DNA of 47,059 nucleotides from a virus (Duplodnaviria; Caudoviricetes). This document shows, in pieces, positions 21,488 through 31,700 of the stretch (position 1 is its first letter; every line of letters begins with the position of its first letter). The stretch covers positions 1 to 47,059 of IMG/VR virus record IMGVR_UViG_3300033414_000002; one strand, 5' to 3'. The position numbers were made by a program, and so were the translations under genes. The notes below the pieces were generated by a model. That model was not told where the DNA came from and did not search any database. It saw only the letters and a program-made list of their open reading frames with translations.

Positions 21488-22579
21488 ATGGCATTAGTTA
21501 CAGTTTACGATCAAGACGGCAACGAATTTCAAAAAGAATCGGTAGATGCTAGGGAATGTATCGAAGCATTGGGTTTTACCTATGAAAAAGTAGAAGAAAA
21601 GCCAGTTGAAGTTGTTGCATCAGTTCAGGAAGATGAAATCATTGTTACGTCAGAAGAAGTAGAAACAAAAACCCGCAAATATAGCAAAGCGTCTATCTAA
21701 TGAATAACGCTACTACAACAGCATATGCTGCAAGCTTAACCATTTCTGATGTTGGCGTAACGGTTTATGGTATATCAGGATACAACTCGAAAACATCAGC
21801 GCAGTTTATCCAGTTGCATGATGCAAGTGCATTGCCTGCTGATGCATCAATACCTAGCGTAGTTATTTCTGTTGCTGCATCATCAAACTTTAGTATTGAC
21901 TTCGGTGTGCATGGTCGGCAGTTTCAAAATGGCGCAGTCATTTGTAACTCATCAACTGGACCAACTAAAACGATAGGATCGGCTGATTGTTTTTTTGATG
22001 TGCAATATGTGTAACACATAAATGGCTATTGTATCTATCAATGAAAAGAATAACCATGACACAGAGGGTAATCCTTGCTCAGTTCCATCTGTGATAGGTC
22101 TGCCTACGCAGTTCTTTTTAACTGCATCTGGAGATGGTAAAGGTACTTATAATTTAAATGGTGATTATTCAGCGGCTCCAACTGACTTTTATTATCAAGC
22201 TACAACAAATTATTATATCCAAACATTATTAATGTCAATATCAGACAACGCTAATTTCAATCAAACTGATTATGGCGCTATATCTGGAGGGCTAACAAAT
22301 GGTATTAAATTCTTTATTAAACCTAATGGATTATCTGAAATTCCTTTATTAAGCGGAGTTGCATTTAAGCAAAATTATGAATGGTTATCGGTAACTCCAG
22401 ATTCAAAATTAACTTCTTTTGCTGGTCTAGCTCAGACGCTAACAGTAGATTTTAATGTGACAACAGAATATGGAATGCCTATTAAGTTAGGTGCTGGAGA
22501 TAGGTTTATTGCAAGATTAAATGATAATTTTAGCACTCTTGTAGCCCATACAATAGGGCTTAGAGGTCGTAAAGTTTAA
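21488..22579 (+). other. Three head-region hypothetical/structural CDSs (21488-21700, 21700-22014, 22022-22579)
   Basis: Coupled ORFs; the last two are beta-rich. Confidence 0.65.
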
Positions 22580-22779
22580 TGTCATTAAGTTTAATAGAAG
22601 CTAACAAAATTAATAGAGGTAATACTATGCCATTGATTAAAGGATATAGCAAAAAAAGTGTATCAAAGAATATTTCAATGGAAATGAAAAAACATCCAAA
22701 GATGACACAAAAGCAAGCCGTTGCAATAGCATTGAGTACGGCTAGAAAAGCTAAAGCTAAAGCAAAAAAGAAAAAGTAA
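22579..22779 (+). CDS. Small highly basic protein with MCP-like N-terminal extension
   Basis: [32 protein letters not shown] core preceded in frame by [15 protein letters not shown]. Confidence 0.75.
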   Translation: MSLSLIEANKINRGNTMPLIKGYSKKSVSKNISMEMKKHPKMTQKQAVAIALSTARKAKAKAKKKK

Positions 22780-22785
22780 ATAAAT

Positions 22786-23559
22786 ATGTCTAGAATATAT
22801 GTTGGCGACAATAAGTTGCACGCTGTTAGAGATATAGGCGAGCTTGTTTATAAAGCAAGTTCATCAGAAACAAATGGGCTTTTGTTATGTAATGGTCAAG
22901 CCATAAGCCGATCTATATATTCAGATTTATTTGCAGAATTAAGTACTACTTACGGCGCAGGTAATGGAACTACTACATTCAATGTTCCAGATATGCGCGG
23001 GCGTGTTCCAGGCGGAGCAGGGCAAGGAACATTTGCAACTTCCTTCCCCAACACTGACGTGATAGTTGCTGCCAATGATATTACTGTCTCTGCTAATGAT
23101 AGTATTTATACTGGAACGGCTGTAGTTCTCAGTACAACTGGCACTGCACCGGCTGGTCTTACAGCAGGTACCACATACTACGCAATCAGAGAATCATCAA
23201 CATTAATTATGTTGGCTACAACTCGTGCAAATGCGATTGCTGGCACAGCTATTGACATAACCGGACAGGGAATAGGAACTCACACTTTAACTATTACTTA
23301 TACAAATAGAACTGTTGGAGATGTTGTTGGTGAAGAATCACATGGTTTAACTGTTTCTGAAATTCCGTCACATAGTCACTCAGTAAACGGTTATGTCAGA
23401 ACAAATTATGACATTAATGATGTTTTTTCAGATTATCAAGGATTAGATACTGGTTCAGGCAATTATACATCATCAAGCACAGGCGGAAGCACATCCCATA
23501 ATATTATGCAACCTACGGCGTTTGCTGGTTATTGGTTTATTTATACAGGGGTTCTGTAA
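22786..23559 (+). CDS. Collar-domain fibre protein
   Basis: LLCNGQAISRSIYSDLF..YGAGNGTTTFNVPDMRGR and GEESHGLTVSEIPSHSH..HNIMQP. Confidence 0.85.
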   Translation: MSRIYVGDNKLHAVRDIGELVYKASSSETNGLLLCNGQAISRSIYSDLFAELSTTYGAGNGTTTFNVPDMRGRVPGGAGQGTFATSFPNTDVIVAANDITVSANDSIYTGTAVVLSTTGTAPAGLTAGTTYYAIRESSTLIMLATTRANAIAGTAIDITGQGIGTHTLTITYTNRTVGDVVGEESHGLTVSEIPSHSHSVNGYVRTNYDINDVFSDYQGLDTGSGNYTSSSTGGSTSHNIMQPTAFAGYWFIYTGVL

Positions 23560-24104
23560 TGTCATTAAATGTCGAGACGGGAACCGGCGCAAGTAATAGC
23601 GAAAGCTACATAAGTGTAGCGTCTGCGGATACTTATTTTAGTGATAGAGGCAACGCTACTTGGGCCGCTCTAACTACTGCCCAAAAAGAGCAAGCCTTAC
23701 GCAAAGCAACAGACTTTATGTTGCAAAGATATAGGCAATATTGGAAAGGCTATCGCAACCTTTCGACTCAAGCTCTTGACTGGCCAAGGTCGTTTGTCTA
23801 TGCCGAACCTATTATAGCCAGTGCTGTTGGTGATCCTTACCCGCAATTAATAGATAGCAATATTGTACCTGTTGAGGTTAGTAGGGCTTGCGCCGAATTA
23901 GCGTTAAGATCAACTACCTATACCGATGGATTATTGCCTGATGTATCAGATTTGGTAACAGAAGAAACAATAGGACCAATTACCACTAAATATGATAGTC
24001 GCAGCCCTGATACGCCACTTTATAAATCTATTGATGCTATGTTGTCTATTTATTTAAAAGATGGTGGTATGAACTCTTTAACTAGCACTGTGCAAAGGGC
24101 GTAA
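23559..24104 (+). CDS. Head-tail adaptor
   Basis: VETGTG..SESYISVASADTYF..QALDWPR..VP.EV..AC.ELA. Confidence 0.75.
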   Translation: MSLNVETGTGASNSESYISVASADTYFSDRGNATWAALTTAQKEQALRKATDFMLQRYRQYWKGYRNLSTQALDWPRSFVYAEPIIASAVGDPYPQLIDSNIVPVEVSRACAELALRSTTYTDGLLPDVSDLVTEETIGPITTKYDSRSPDTPLYKSIDAMLSIYLKDGGMNSLTSTVQRA

Positions 24105-24108
24105 TGTA

Positions 24109-24513
24109 ATGGCTAAGGATAAAAAAGTAAAAAAAGTTGAATGGCTAGATAGAACGCTTATTACATCACCAATATATTACTGTTTATGCACTAATGAAAA
24201 ACAGTTTTATAAGGAAATGAAAAGATTAGGAATATCTAAAAATGAAGCAGGTTCATTTATTAAAAATGAATGGTCACATGCAACGGTTCATCATTTTGAA
24301 AGAAAAGGAAAATATATATCTATTGTTTGTATTGATAAAGAAAATGCTAAAAAGAATAAAACTGATCCTAATCAAATAGTAGGATTATTAATTCATGAGG
24401 CAGTTCATATATGGCAAGAGATTAAAGAACATATAGGAGAACATGATCCTAGCCGAGAATTTGAGGCATATTCTATTCAAAGTATATCTCAAGAATTAAT
24501 TAGGTCTTATTAA
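24109..24513 (+). CDS. HExxH metallopeptidase-like protein
   Basis: LLIHEAVH..E.EAY. Confidence 0.6.
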   Translation: MAKDKKVKKVEWLDRTLITSPIYYCLCTNEKQFYKEMKRLGISKNEAGSFIKNEWSHATVHHFERKGKYISIVCIDKENAKKNKTDPNQIVGLLIHEAVHIWQEIKEHIGEHDPSREFEAYSIQSISQELIRSY

Positions 24514-24908
24514 TGACAACATTTAATTATACTAAGACCAAAGCATCCGTTGAACGCATGCTAACTAAATATGGGCAAAGCATCACGCTTACGCACCATA
24601 GTTTAGGCGCTTACGACCCTGCAACAGGAACCGCAACAGATACGACCAGCACACAAACTGGAAAAGGCGCTATATTTGAATGGGGGCAACAAGGTTCTAC
24701 GCCTAGTTATGGTAGGTCTATGATACCGGAAAGTTCTATCGTTTCTGGTGATAAGCAACTGTTTTTATCTCCTACCGGAATAACAGTGCCGGAAGTGAAT
24801 GATTATGTAACTGATGTTAATGGCGTTATGTATTTAATAAAAATGGTCAAGACATTAGCACCAGCGGGAACGGTTGTTTTGATTGAGTGTAATATTTCTA
24901 TAGGATAG
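24513..24908 (+). CDS. Head closure protein
   Basis: ML.KYGQ..GAYDPATG..GDK..PAG pattern; position. Confidence 0.7.
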   Translation: MTTFNYTKTKASVERMLTKYGQSITLTHHSLGAYDPATGTATDTTSTQTGKGAIFEWGQQGSTPSYGRSMIPESSIVSGDKQLFLSPTGITVPEVNDYVTDVNGVMYLIKMVKTLAPAGTVVLIECNISIG

Positions 24909-24913
24909 GTAAA

Positions 24914-25249
24914 ATGCGTATTTCCATGTGTCATGATGATCCAGATTATTTCCCATATGCTGTTGAGTCTGCGGTATTGCTTGATGGTGAAAGACTATCA
25001 ACTTGCATAATGGCTGATGAAGAAAATGGCGAAGTTGAATGTTTAGTAAAAAATGATGATGGTTATGGATTAAAGAAAAATCCTAATTACAACGAAAATA
25101 TAGAAAGATCAAAAGAAAATTATCCATTTCTTACTGAGATTAAAAAAGGCAAAGTAGAGCTTGTTTTTAATGATGAAAAATACACAAGAGAATATTGCCA
25201 AACAATGTTGGATAATTTGAAAAGTGGTAAGTGGGTTTTAGGTGTGTAG
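24914..25249 (+). CDS. Hypothetical protein
   Basis: V.LDGERL..CIMADEENGEV; inserted in the neck module. Confidence 0.6.
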   Translation: MRISMCHDDPDYFPYAVESAVLLDGERLSTCIMADEENGEVECLVKNDDGYGLKKNPNYNENIERSKENYPFLTEIKKGKVELVFNDEKYTREYCQTMLDNLKSGKWVLGV

Positions 25250-25717
25250 GTGGAACAATATAATTTCGCTGTAGATGTTGCTAGTTTTGTTAAGCAAACT
25301 ATTGAAGATGCTGACGATGTTGTTAGGCGAGTAATATCACAAACTGCATTTTCTGTTATTGACGAAGCACCTAGCCCTGTTGGTGATCCATCAACATGGA
25401 GTTATCCGGCTCCACCTGATTATACTCCAGGTCATTTTCTGCTTAATTGGCAGTTGGGTGTAGATAATGTACCTACTAATGAATTAAACAGTGAAGATCC
25501 AGATAGAGCCAATGCTTTAATTAGAATAGGCGCACAAATACCAGCTAAATCAGCCGGACATGATTATTATTTAGTTAATAACGCAAGCTATGCTAGAGCA
25601 TTGGAAGATGGACATTCAGATCAATGTCCGCCTAGAGGGATGGTAGAAAGAACATCAATGAAATTTGAATCTATTGTCGATCATGCTGTATTAGGTGCAA
25701 GTAAGAGTAATAAATGA
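25250..25717 (+). CDS. Neck/tail-completion protein (HK97 gp10-like)
   Basis: SPVG..G.F..NW..NNASYARALEDGHS.Q.P.GMV. Confidence 0.8.
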   Translation: MEQYNFAVDVASFVKQTIEDADDVVRRVISQTAFSVIDEAPSPVGDPSTWSYPAPPDYTPGHFLLNWQLGVDNVPTNELNSEDPDRANALIRIGAQIPAKSAGHDYYLVNNASYARALEDGHSDQCPPRGMVERTSMKFESIVDHAVLGASKSNK

Positions 25718-26331
25718 GCGAACTATACATAAGACGCGCAATCGAAACAGCTATTAATGGCTTGGCTGGCATGAATGCAATTACATCATCATCTGTAGCA
25801 ACAAGTACGGTCATTACAACAACTTCAGCGCATGGATTAACGTCTGGTATGCAGGTTTCTATTATTGGGCATACAGGCTCTACCCCTGCGATAGATGGAA
25901 GTTATGTTGTGACGGTAATAGGTGCAAGTACGTTTACCATTCCTAAAACCGTAACTGTTGCTGGTACTGGCGGAGGCTTTACCTTGACTGCATGGCAAAA
26001 TATACCCTTTACGCAACCTGCGGCTAATACACCTTGGCAACAAGTATGGATACCGTCATCTGACGCTGAAAATCCAACGATGGGCGATAACTTTTATAGA
26101 ATACATAGTTATTTCCAGATAGATTTAATGTATCCATTGCTTAAAGGAACTGCTGCTATTGATACTCGAATAGGTATTATTAAATCTACGTTTAAACGTG
26201 GTGAATCATTTACCAATGGTGGCATTACAGTAAAAATAGAAAATACTCCTAATGTAGTTGATTATGGGCCTGATGGTAATTTTTATAAAAAATGTATAAA
26301 AGTAAGATATTGGGCAGATATATTCCCATAA
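25714..26331 (+). CDS. Tail terminator (DUF4128-like) with inserted beta domain
   Basis: AWQNIPF.P..FQIDLMYP..G..FKRG; position before tube. Confidence 0.7.
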   Translation: MSELYIRRAIETAINGLAGMNAITSSSVATSTVITTTSAHGLTSGMQVSIIGHTGSTPAIDGSYVVTVIGASTFTIPKTVTVAGTGGGFTLTAWQNIPFTQPAANTPWQQVWIPSSDAENPTMGDNFYRIHSYFQIDLMYPLLKGTAAIDTRIGIIKSTFKRGESFTNGGITVKIENTPNVVDYGPDGNFYKKCIKVRYWADIFP

Positions 26332-26355
26332 ATATTAAAATTATACTTGACATAC

Positions 26356-26384
26356 TTGCTTTTTTAATTTAATAGTTATATAAT
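26356..26384 (+). promoter_or_regulatory. Sigma70-like promoter for the tail operon
   Basis: TTGCTT-17-TATAAT. Confidence 0.7.
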
Positions 26385-26394
26385 GCTTGACAAT

Positions 26395-26499
26395 ATGAAT
26401 AAATCAACAATTATTTTACATGAGTCACTATTAAGAGCCGCAAAGATGGTTATATCTGCGTGGCAAGAATGGTTAGACGAAAGAAAGAAACAAAAGTAA
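26395..26499 (+). CDS. 34-aa amphipathic leader peptide
   Basis: MNKSTIILHESLLRAAKMVISAWQEWLDERKKQK; ATG about 10 nt after the -10 box. Confidence 0.6.
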   Translation: MNKSTIILHESLLRAAKMVISAWQEWLDERKKQK

Positions 26500-26624
26500 T
26501 AAATACAATTTAATTTAACTAATTTAAGCCCGCCCCATTAAGCCGCGCTAACTGACATAATTAGCCCCGCTTAGATTCCAAAAAGCCGCCTTAAATATTT
26601 CAATCTTTTATAGGAATATTTATC

Positions 26625-27851
26625 GTGACTATCGCATCAGGTATAGCCAAGCTACTCGTAGCAAAAAAACAATCAGCACTAGGCACAAAAGCAACTGCTG
26701 CATCAGCCCAGTATTACAGACGCACATCGTCTAACATCGAATTAACCAAAGACACCTACGAATCTGCTGAAATTAGACCTGATAGACAGGTACAAGATTT
26801 TAGGCATGGCTTGCGTAAGGTAGGCGGTACTATTTCCGGTGAACTTAGCACCGGTACTTATCAATCTTTCATTGAATCTACCCTCGGCGCTGCCGCATCA
26901 GCGGCTATTAACTCTGGCGCTTTGACCGACGTTACCGCAGCCGTTACTTCTGGTGCATCAGGTACTTTCACTACTGTTGGTGCTAACTGGCTAACACTTG
27001 GGTTTAAAGTCGGAATGGTTGTTCGTTGGACTGGATGGACTGCACCTGCTACAGCAAATAATGACCATAACTTCTTAATTACCGCACTTTCATCTACGGT
27101 AATGACTGGAACAATGTTGGATGGAGTTGCAGTTGTTGCTAAAGCATCTGGCGATAGCGTTACCGCAACAGAACCAGGAAAACACATATCTATTCCTATA
27201 ACGGCTCATACCAAAGACTATTGGACAATCGAACACGCTTATTCTGACATTACCCAGTCAGAACAGTTCACCGACTGCGTATTCACCAAAATGGACGTTA
27301 AACTCCCGCCTACCGGTATGTCAACTGTTGACTTTGCTGTTGTTGGTCTGGATATGGATACCAGTACATCTGCCTACTTCACTACTCCTACCGCTGTTAC
27401 AAGCACTGGTATTTTAGCCGCTGTTAATGGTGCGTTATATGTATCAGGTACAAAAGTAGCAACTGTCACCGGCTTAGATTTTAGCGTTGATAACGGATCA
27501 ACCGCTGTTGGTGCTGTGGTTGGTTCTAATGTATCGCCTGACGTTACGGCTGGTATTTATAAAGTATCAGGTAATGCAACTGTATTTTTCCAAGATGCCA
27601 CACTGAGGGATTTATTCGATAACGAAACAGAATCTTCTTTAGTTGGTGTATTCACCGATTCAAATCTTCCAGGCGCAGGTTTCCAATCATTTGTAATGCC
27701 TAGATTGAAATTCGGTGGCGCTGCAAAGGACGACGGCGTAAAAGCATTAACAATGACCATGCCATTCACTGCATTGTATAACAGCGCTGGTGGAACTGGC
27801 ACAAGCTCACACCAAACGACATTCACAATGTACGATTCAGCTTTCGCTTAA
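26625..27851 (+). CDS. Major tail tube protein with insertion domain
   Basis: ESAEIRPDRQ..RHG..VGG.ISGELS; followed by terminator, chaperone and tape measure. Confidence 0.85.
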   Translation: MTIASGIAKLLVAKKQSALGTKATAASAQYYRRTSSNIELTKDTYESAEIRPDRQVQDFRHGLRKVGGTISGELSTGTYQSFIESTLGAAASAAINSGALTDVTAAVTSGASGTFTTVGANWLTLGFKVGMVVRWTGWTAPATANNDHNFLITALSSTVMTGTMLDGVAVVAKASGDSVTATEPGKHISIPITAHTKDYWTIEHAYSDITQSEQFTDCVFTKMDVKLPPTGMSTVDFAVVGLDMDTSTSAYFTTPTAVTSTGILAAVNGALYVSGTKVATVTGLDFSVDNGSTAVGAVVGSNVSPDVTAGIYKVSGNATVFFQDATLRDLFDNETESSLVGVFTDSNLPGAGFQSFVMPRLKFGGAAKDDGVKALTMTMPFTALYNSAGGTGTSSHQTTFTMYDSAFA

Positions 27852-27866
27852 TCATTAACCTAATAC

Positions 27867-27901
27867 GTTTGGCATATAGATTTTATATGCCAAACATTTT
27901 T
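27867..27901 (+). terminator. Intrinsic terminator/attenuator
   Basis: GTTTGGCATATA..TATATGCCAAAC then ATTTTT. Confidence 0.75.
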
Positions 27902-27934
27902 GCTTTACCAACCAACAAGAGAAAATAATAACTT

Positions 27935-28346
27935 TATGTCAAACGAAACATCAAAACCCGTCTTATCTCTAGCAGACTTCAATGCCTCAGCTAAGTGTAG
28001 CAATGCTTTTGAATTTCCATATTTAGACGAAAACGGCAACGAAACAGCATGGCTTATCCAGGTTGTCGGCGACCAATCGCCACAAGTTAAAAAAGCTATC
28101 TTTGCCAAAATTAACAGAAAACGCGCTCAAGAAGAATTTCTTAAAAAGAAAGGCAAAGAGCCTGTTCTGGAAGATATTGAAGAAATTATAAATGATAACT
28201 ACGAAAGCCTAGCGGCTTGTATCGTTGGATGGTCTGGTATTGTTGAGCCTTATTCGCATGAATTAGCAGTAAGAGCATTATCGGATAATAAATCATTGGC
28301 AGATCAAGTTAAGGCAGCTAGTGAGAATATCTTAAATTTCAAATAG
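27935..28346 (+). CDS. Tail assembly chaperone (G-like)
   Basis: LAACIVGWSG..ENILNFK; between tube and tape measure. Confidence 0.8.
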
Positions 28347-28720
28347 GGCAAATAGAAGAATTACTTTTATTTGCCAAAAATAACTTTGAATTAAATTCAG
28401 ATCAAGGTGACGGCTCAAGTAGGGCCGCTCACTTTGAGTCGTTTGAGAAACAGAACGGATATAAACATCCAGACCAGGAAGAATTTGAAAAGATCAAGCT
28501 ACCAGATGGAATGGAGCTGGTTTGGGGTTATTTCATTCAACTGCATAACGCTAGAACTTCAAACGGGTTTGGCTCAAATCCTATTAGTTATAGCGAAATA
28601 CAAGCATGGAATAACCTGACGGATTCAGGTGTTACACCTTTAGATGTAAAGATTATTAAACGGTTAGATATTGTATATCTTAACCATCAGGCTGAGAAAT
28701 CAAAACGGGATAAGAAATAG
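28334..28720 (+). CDS. -1 frameshift extension of tail chaperone (GT-like)
   Basis: Slippery A-AAT-TTC at 28334-28340; the -1 frame is open into ORF 28511-28720 (NPISYSEIQAW). Confidence 0.8.
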   Translation, partial: KFQIGQIEELLLFAKNNFELNSDQGDGSSRAAHFESFEKQNGYKHPDQEEFEKIKLPDGMELVWGYFIQLHNARTSNGFGSNPISYSEIQAWNNLTDSGVTPLDVKIIKRLDIVYLNHQAEKSKRDKK

Positions 28721-31700
28721 ATGTCTACTACACTAGCTCAACTTGGCATAGAAATCAAAACCAGTGGTGTTGTTGAGTCTAAAAATCATTTAGATAACCT
28801 TACAGTTGCCGCACAAAAAACACAAGCAGCAACTGCCGCATTAAATAGAACAAGCGAAGATTCAGCAAAAGCTAATAAAAATGCCGCTCTGTCAATGGAG
28901 CTGATGATTTCTAAGCTAACTGAATCTGGCGCTGTTTATAATGCTAGAAAAATGCAGGTTCAAGGTTATGCTAATGAAGAAATAGCATTAATCACAAAAT
29001 TAATACAAAAAAATAAAGATCATACCGAAGCATTAAAAGCTAATGCTCAAATTGATAAACAAATACTAGACCAAAGATCATCTAATTACAAAAAATATGT
29101 AAATGACGTTGCTGACGGTAATGCTCATTTATTACGAATGGAAAAAGAAAGATTAAAACAAGAAGAGTTCGCTACAAAAGCTTCGTACAATTCAAGGAAA
29201 GTAATGTATGAGAACCTATTCAAAGAGCAACAATCGTTTGCTCAAAAAATGTCATCAGGTGTTGCTCCTAGCTCGTTTGGCTCTCAAATACGTGGTGATA
29301 TTGCATCTGGAATGAGTCAATCAGGTAGGCTTGCTTTAATTGCCGGAATAGAAAAAGAATCAGAATTAGCCGCGCCAAAAGTAGATAAATTAACATCATC
29401 TTTAAGCAGTTTAGCTTTACGATATGCAAGTATAGGCGCTGCTATTGGTATTGGTAAATTAATGCTCGATACCGTTGAGCAAGTACAAAATCTTGAAATA
29501 CGATTAAAAGGATTAACTTCCTCTGCTCAAGATTATGCCGCTACTGAATCGTATCTATCATCTATATCAAAAGAACATCACAAAGATGTTATTGAAATGT
29601 CAAATTCATTTGCTCGTTTATTAGTTATTGAGCAAACAGGAATTATCACACGAGAACAATCCAAATCAATTTTGGAAGGTTTAAGCAACGCACAAAGCAA
29701 AACAGGCGCATCTGCTAATGACCTAAAAATGTCTATGGTTGGTATGACGCAAGCGTTAAGTCAAGGCACTTTGCAATGGGAGGAAATGAAGCAGGTAACT
29801 GACCCAATCCCAGGATTAATGTTAAAGATTGCTAATGCTGCTGGATATACCGGCGAAAGCGCAATAGGTGATTTTAAAAAGGTAGTGGCTGCTGGTGGTG
29901 TTACTTCACAAATGTTTGGAGAGGTACTACCTAAGGCATTTGCTAATTATGAGGGTGCTGCCGCTGCTGCCGGCGACAATCTAACTGCTAAATACGCTGA
30001 TATAAAGAACTCATGGACTGAGTTAATGAAAGTTCTTGACCAGCCTGTAAATGGAGCAGTATCGCCTGTTTTAGATGCTGTGTCTGGTACGCTTGACGCA
30101 ATAACAGAAAAATTAAACGTTGTTATTAATCAGTACAACAAAATGGAAGCTATAAAAAATAGGGGAATGAGGCCTCCTGACTACGTGCCACCAAAACCAG
30201 CATCAGATGCAAATAAAGCAGAAGATTCGCAATCTTTAAAAGATAAAGAAAAAATCATGGGAATGATGGCTGATGCCGAAGATTGGTATACTGAAACTGT
30301 TATACAAGATGAGCGCGACCAAGCTAAAGCCGTTCATGAAAAAAATGAACAGATAAAAAGAGAATCAGAATCCACGGCAAAAAAAGTAATACAAGACGCA
30401 GAAAATCAAGCTAAAAGACTAGAAGATTTATACCAAAGCTCAATATATAACATACAAAAAGAAATTGCTTTGCGCGGAGATTCATCAAAATCAGCATCGT
30501 TAGAATACGATATGATTAACGGTTCTTTACAGCATCTTAGTGAATCAAAAAAATTATATCTTTTGCAACAAGCTGCTGAGTTAGATTTTCAAAATTCAGC
30601 AAAAAAAAGCCAAGATGCACAAAAATCAGCAATGGACAGCTTAATTGAGCAATACAATCAATTAACTTTGTCAGCTCGTGATGCTTATACTGCTAAGTTA
30701 TTAGCTAGTGGAGTTAAAAAAGAAGAACTTGAGCCATTATTGAATAAATTTGATGAAGTAACCAAGGAACAAGAAAAACAAAAGAAAATAGATGAAACCA
30801 GAAAATCTTTAGAAGCATATAACTCAACATTAGATCAAACAAAAGATAAATTAACTGGTTTAGGCGATATATCATCATCAATTTTTGATGGCGCCTTAGG
30901 TGGAATTTCTGCTATGACTGGCGCATTTGATAACATGGTTACGTCTTTAGAAGATAATACCAATGCCATGATTAAGCTTAATCAAAAACAAGCTGAAAAT
31001 GACGCATTTCAACCTGATGCAAGTAAAGGTTTTACAGAGCAATATTTAAAAGACGTTAAGTTAAAAGCTAGTAGTACTGAAAAGTATGAAAAAGAAGCTA
31101 TGCGTCTTAATAGCGAAAGAGTAACAAAAGAATTAGCCGGTGCTAGGCAGATGGTCGGCGCTGCTGCAAAGATGTTTAATGAAAAATCTGTAGCAGCAAA
31201 AACATTACACGCAATAGAAACAACGCTGGCTGTAGCTCAAATGGCTATGCAAGCAAAATCTATGGCTATGTCTGCTTTAGCCACTGGAAAGAGTTTGATA
31301 GCCGGTGCAGCTAAATTCTTTGAACAATCAGGATGGGCTGGCTTTGCTGGTGTAGCTGCTATGGGCGCGGTTATGGCTGGACTAGGTTATGCTGCTTTTG
31401 GCGGCGGCAGTGGGGAAGGCACACCACCAGAATACTCAAAAGATACCGGAACAGTATTAGGCAGTTCAACTGCAAGATCAGAGTCAATAGATAAAACCTA
31501 TCAACTATTAAAAGATATTCATGCTGATGAATATGCAACTTTAAGAAGTATTGATAGGGGAATTTCTAATCTTCATTCTGGCATCACTGATGTTATTACC
31601 CGTTTGTTCCAAGCTGGAGGATTAAAGAATTTTGCAACAATGCCAGCATCAAGCAATGCTATCGGCGGCATAGGTGGAGCCATTCAAATGGGGGCTATGC

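Noticed and set aside
28407-28619. 70-aa ORF before the tape measure
   Set aside because: The region is explained by the -1 frameshift frame
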